DNA of 64,000 nucleotides from Spirochaetia bacterium (GTDB taxonomy: Bacteria; Spirochaetota; Spirochaetia; SP-2023). Below are positions 60,218 through 64,000 of the stretch, in pieces. The position numbers and the translations under genes are program-made. The notes under the pieces were generated by a model, which ran no database searches, was not told the origin of the DNA, and saw only the letters and a program-made list of their open reading frames with translations. Numbering within the stretch: position 1 is the stretch's first letter; each line of letters opens with the position of its first letter. Location of the stretch: assembly GCA_965225855.1 (NCBI GenBank), contig CBDDCK010000004.1:64001-128000 (forward strand). The letters are read 5' to 3'.

Positions 60218-62356
60218 ATGTATAAGCTCAAACTACTTTTATTGCCTGTAGCATTGCTACTGGCCTTTATGGCCTTTGCCTGCGCACCACCCGATGACGA
60301 TGATCGATCTTCTGGGCCGACTATCAATAACGCCATCTACGACTTTGCTACGGCTATCTTAACTGTACAAGGTACTCACTTAGGTGGTGCGCAACAAGCG
60401 CAAATCCAAACCATCACGGTAGGAAGCCGAACAAATGGTGTAGCCTTAAGTTCCTATACTGCAGATGACCCAGCCACTGGGCCAGATAGTCGCAGTCTTG
60501 CAAAAGGTAAGTACCGTATTAAAAGCGATGGCACAGCGCTTTGGCTGAAACTTACCGATGACGATAAAGCTACTCTTGAGGCCAAGGTGGGTAGCGATGG
60601 TCTAAAAAAAGGGTTGCTTACTAGCACTGGTGCTTGGGCGGGTTTAAATACAGCCAAAGACTTGGAAGTTAGTAATGTACCCGAAAATAAGCAGTCTAAA
60701 GTATCCGATGACAATCAGCCATCTAAGCAAACTGAAGACGAACAAGCTGAAGAAGTCGAACAAACTGAAGAAGACGAACAAGACGAACAAACCGAAGAGC
60801 AGTCGCCTAAGCAACCTAAAGACGAACAAGACGAAGAAGAGTCGCCTAAGCAACCTAAAGACGAACAAGTCGAACAAGCTGAAGAAGAGTCGCCTAAAGC
60901 TGCAATTACCCGTGCAACCTACGATGTTGGCACGGCGCTGTTAACCTTGCAAGGTACTGACTTAGGTAGTGCAACCCAAGCGCAAATCCAAACTATCACG
61001 GTAGATGGCCTAGCCTTAAATTCCTATTCTCCAGATGACGATGCTACTGGGCTAAATAGTCGTGGTCTGGCAAAAGGTAAGTACCGCATGCATAGCGCTG
61101 GCACAGCGCTTTGGCTTTACCTTACCGATACCGATAAAACTACTCTGAATGGCAAGGACGGTATGGATACCAATGGTCTAAAAAAAGGGTTGCTTAGCGT
61201 TGGCTCTGGTGCTTGGGCGGGTTTAAATACAGCCAAAGCCTTGGCCGTTAGTGGAAACCCACCCGCAATTACCCGTGCAACCTATGATGTAAATACGGGT
61301 AAATTAGTGATTACAGGTACTAATTTACCGTCAACAGTGTATGATGGCTGGGACTTTAGCAAATTGAGGTTTGTCGCAGGTAATGGTCGTAAGAGTGCCC
61401 CATTATTACGGCACCACCCATATCCAGAAAACTTCGCCATAGGTTCTGCAGGAAGTGCAACAAGCTTAACGATTACTTTAGGGGGTAGTGAAAAAAGGAA
61501 AGCCGATGCTATATTGGTTAACGATGGTGATAGTGATGCTAATGGTCAATACAACCTGGAAGCAGCAGCAGGATTTGCAGGTGGTAGCGCTGGAGACACA
61601 ACCAATCCTATTACCGTTAGTGGGTATACAGCCAGAATCACCAGAGCAACCTACGATGCTAATACAGGCCAGTTAGTGATTGTAGGTTACAATTTACCGA
61701 AAACAGTTGCAGACTGGGACTTTAGCAAATTGACGCTTGTATCCGGTGATGGTAAGAAGAGATACACATTACCCCGGCACTCAACCACAGGTGCAAACAC
61801 AGCCACAGGTTCTCGTGCAAGTAGAGTCAGCTTAACGATTACTTTAAGCGGTACTGTAAAAGCGGAAGCCAATAAGATACTGGTTAAGAATGGTGATAGT
61901 GATGATAATGGTGCATACAACCTGGAAGCAGCAGCAGAATTTGCAGGTGGTAGGGCTGAAGACACAAGCAACCCGATTACCGTTAGTGGCTACGTAAGCT
62001 TGCTCAACACCGTATCATATATAACTCATAGAAGCGTGTTAAATATTAGTGGTAGCAGGTTACCGACAGCAGTTGCAGAGTGGGACTTTAGCAAATTGAC
62101 GCTTGTATCCGGTGATGGTAAGAAGAGATACACATTACCCCGGCACTCAACTACAGGTGCAAACAAAGCCACAGGTTCTCGTGCAAGTGCAACAAGCTTA
62201 AATATTACTTTAAGCGGTATTGTAAAAGCCAAAGTCGAGGCTATACTGGTTAAGTCTGGTTTTGGTGATGCTAATGGTGCATACAACCTGGAAGCAGCAG
62301 CAGAATTTGTACCTGGTAGCGCAGAAGACCTAACCACTAGTATATTCAAGTTATAA
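60218..62356 (+). CDS. Modular repeat surface lipoprotein, copy B
   Basis: GGAGG RBS, MYKLKL...MAFAC lipobox; two N-type domains separated by an acidic SPKQPKDEQ linker, then three WDFSKL/YNLEAAA repeats. Confidence 0.85.
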   Translation: MYKLKLLLLPVALLLAFMAFACAPPDDDDRSSGPTINNAIYDFATAILTVQGTHLGGAQQAQIQTITVGSRTNGVALSSYTADDPATGPDSRSLAKGKYRIKSDGTALWLKLTDDDKATLEAKVGSDGLKKGLLTSTGAWAGLNTAKDLEVSNVPENKQSKVSDDNQPSKQTEDEQAEEVEQTEEDEQDEQTEEQSPKQPKDEQDEEESPKQPKDEQVEQAEEESPKAAITRATYDVGTALLTLQGTDLGSATQAQIQTITVDGLALNSYSPDDDATGLNSRGLAKGKYRMHSAGTALWLYLTDTDKTTLNGKDGMDTNGLKKGLLSVGSGAWAGLNTAKALAVSGNPPAITRATYDVNTGKLVITGTNLPSTVYDGWDFSKLRFVAGNGRKSAPLLRHHPYPENFAIGSAGSATSLTITLGGSEKRKADAILVNDGDSDANGQYNLEAAAGFAGGSAGDTTNPITVSGYTARITRATYDANTGQLVIVGYNLPKTVADWDFSKLTLVSGDGKKRYTLPRHSTTGANTATGSRASRVSLTITLSGTVKAEANKILVKNGDSDDNGAYNLEAAAEFAGGRAEDTSNPITVSGYVSLLNTVSYITHRSVLNISGSRLPTAVAEWDFSKLTLVSGDGKKRYTLPRHSTTGANKATGSRASATSLNITLSGIVKAKVEAILVKSGFGDANGAYNLEAAAEFVPGSAEDLTTSIFKL

Positions 62357-62443
62357 GTTGGTAAGTAGGGTTTGGTTGTTGCAACGCTTGCATTGGCCAA
62401 TAGCAGCCTTGGTAAATTTTTTATCGTGGTTGGTTTTATCAAA

Positions 62444-62583
62444 TTATAGCCTTGGTATGGAGAAAATACCAAGGCTATAAATTTTTTTATTAAGGCTGTA
62501 AATTTTTTTGTCAAGGCTGTAAATTTTTTTATTAAGGCTGCTTTTGCCAATTATAGCCTTGGTATGGAGAAAATAGCAAGGCT
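62444..62583. repeat. Hairpin and 21-bp tandem repeat cluster downstream of copy B
   Basis: Perfect 15-bp IR TTATAGCCTTGGTAT/ATACCAAGGCTATAA with an imperfect second copy from 62551; AAGGCT(A/G)TAAATTTTTTT(ATT/GTC) x3 at 62471-62533. Confidence 0.85.
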
Positions 62584-62920
62584 GGTACAACCAAGCTAAA
62601 AGGCAAAACCCTGCTAATTAATGGCCTTGATTGGTGATTGTAAATAAACTGATTGATCATTTATAATCATCACGTTATAGTTGATTATAACTTTTTATAA
62701 ATTTAGGGATTTATACTATGAATATCCAACAACTTAATAAAGAGAAGTGGCTCAATGCAGTTTTTCTGGAATGGGGCACTTTTGCTATAGGGAATGCGAA
62801 TAATCTTGATTGACTTGTGGACGCAGACAGGTAAACGAATGCGTAAAAATCGTATTTAGCATAGATACGGATTTACCATACACAGCGATATTGTAAAATA
62901 GCTCTAAACTTTCAAGATAG

Positions 62921-63631
62921 GTGGAAAATATGGATTTTTCGGAACTGAAGGAACAAGTATACCAAGCGAATATGGGTATCCAAGCCAATGCTTTGGCGCG
63001 TTTAACTTGGGGCAATATTAGTCAGGTAGACCGTAGCTTGGGGGTGTTTGTAATTAAGCCCAGTGGTGTGCCTTATGAACAGCTCCAAGCGCAGAATATG
63101 GTGGTGGTTTCTTTAGAAACAGGTTTGCCGCTGGAAACCCAAACTTTGAAACCTTCTTCCGATACGTCAACCCATTTGGAATTGTACCGCGCTTTTACAG
63201 AGCTGGGAGGCATTTGCCATACCCATTCTCCCTTTTCCTGTGCTTGGGCCCAGGCTCAGCGCGAAATTCCCATATTGGGAACTACCCATGCCGATTATAC
63301 GGTGCAAAATATTCCTTGCACCGCTGTAATGAGTGATGCTGCTATCCAAGGCGATTATGAAGTAGAAACAGGTCGCCAGATTATTGAGCGCATGCAAAAA
63401 TTTAAGCCGACAGAACTTGAAATGATTTTAGTTGCCTGCCATGGTCCTTTTACTTGGGGTAAAAATGGCTTTAAGGCTTTGGAAAATGCAATAGTTCTGG
63501 AAGAAATAGCTAAAATGGCTTTTTATACCGTCCATCTGAATCCACAAGTTTGCGAGCTAAAAGATAGCTTAAAGCATAAACATTACTATCGTAAACACGG
63601 TGCAGGGGCCTATTACGGCCAAAATAGCTAA
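62921..63631 (+). CDS. L-ribulose-5-phosphate 4-epimerase (AraD/UlaF/SgbE family)
   Basis: TWGNIS, IKPSGV, PSSDT.TH, HTHS, GTTHAD, HGPFTWG and KHYYRKHG..YYGQ motifs. Confidence 0.95.
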   Translation: MENMDFSELKEQVYQANMGIQANALARLTWGNISQVDRSLGVFVIKPSGVPYEQLQAQNMVVVSLETGLPLETQTLKPSSDTSTHLELYRAFTELGGICHTHSPFSCAWAQAQREIPILGTTHADYTVQNIPCTAVMSDAAIQGDYEVETGRQIIERMQKFKPTELEMILVACHGPFTWGKNGFKALENAIVLEEIAKMAFYTVHLNPQVCELKDSLKHKHYYRKHGAGAYYGQNS

Positions 63632-63644
63632 GAATAGCTAAGCG

Positions 63645-63697
63645 TTACGGCAGTTTATATGTGGGGTGCTATTTAGGGCCTGTATAAACTGCTGTAA
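63645..63697 (+). terminator. Long hairpin after epimerase gene
   Basis: TTACGGCAGTTTATA...TATAAACTGCTGTAA inverted repeat. Confidence 0.5.
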
Positions 63698-64000
63698 TTA
63701 TCCTCGTTTTTATATTCCTTCTTGATTTTAAAAAAGGCCTCTGAGTATCCTATGGCAGACAACACTAAAGCGACCTTTTAGGAAATACGCTAGTACTCAA
63801 GCAAAACGCCATTGCCCAAGTCCAAGCTAAAGCGGACTGGTAACAAGATTCGCACGTAAATGTTGTAAATAGTAACCTACATAGTTTTTATTGAATATTG
63901 CTCTTGTGGGGTTCTGATTACCTAGGTTTGATTATTTTACTTAGCCCTACCCAAGAGAATAGCACGCATTTATGCTACCATGTAGACCAATCAGACATAT

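Noticed and set aside
60218..62356. Diversity-generating retroelement TR/VR pair among lipoprotein repeats
   Set aside because: Differences between repeats are not adenine-specific, include indels, and no reverse transcriptase is present

Overview
Bacterial chromosomal window, most likely a spirochaete. This is inferred from the phoH-ybeY-corC-TPR order, the stand-alone groES, an LIC_12708-like lipoprotein and a SpiroCoCo-like coiled-coil protein. Most of it is housekeeping and transport: siderophore-binding lipoprotein, FNR, sodB, guaC, pheS, recA, recN, nadK, femX-like, pdxT, coaE, hslVU, bioB, livKHMGF and an araD-like epimerase. Two features stand out. (1) Two paralogous modular surface-lipoprotein cassettes (26.2-28.2 kb on -, 60.1-62.6 kb on +) point outward about 32 kb apart. 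They share flanks and have a C7 tract inside a 15-bp -35/-10 spacer, nearby 21-23-bp repeat arrays and a third decayed copy, making a candidate phase/antigenic variation system. (2) A 1550-aa protein carries a ParE/GyrB-type GHKL ATPase plus transducer module, without TOPRIM, fused to a SpiroCoCo-like coiled coil ending in an HTH. Several remnants missing from the ORF track were read by hand: ankyrin repeats, Mu-like phage gpF, a Ser/Thr kinase C-lobe, ulaE/sgbU and a TGA-interrupted ORF. No CRISPR array, rRNA, tRNA or intact transposase was seen. All family assignments come from motif recognition, not database searches.
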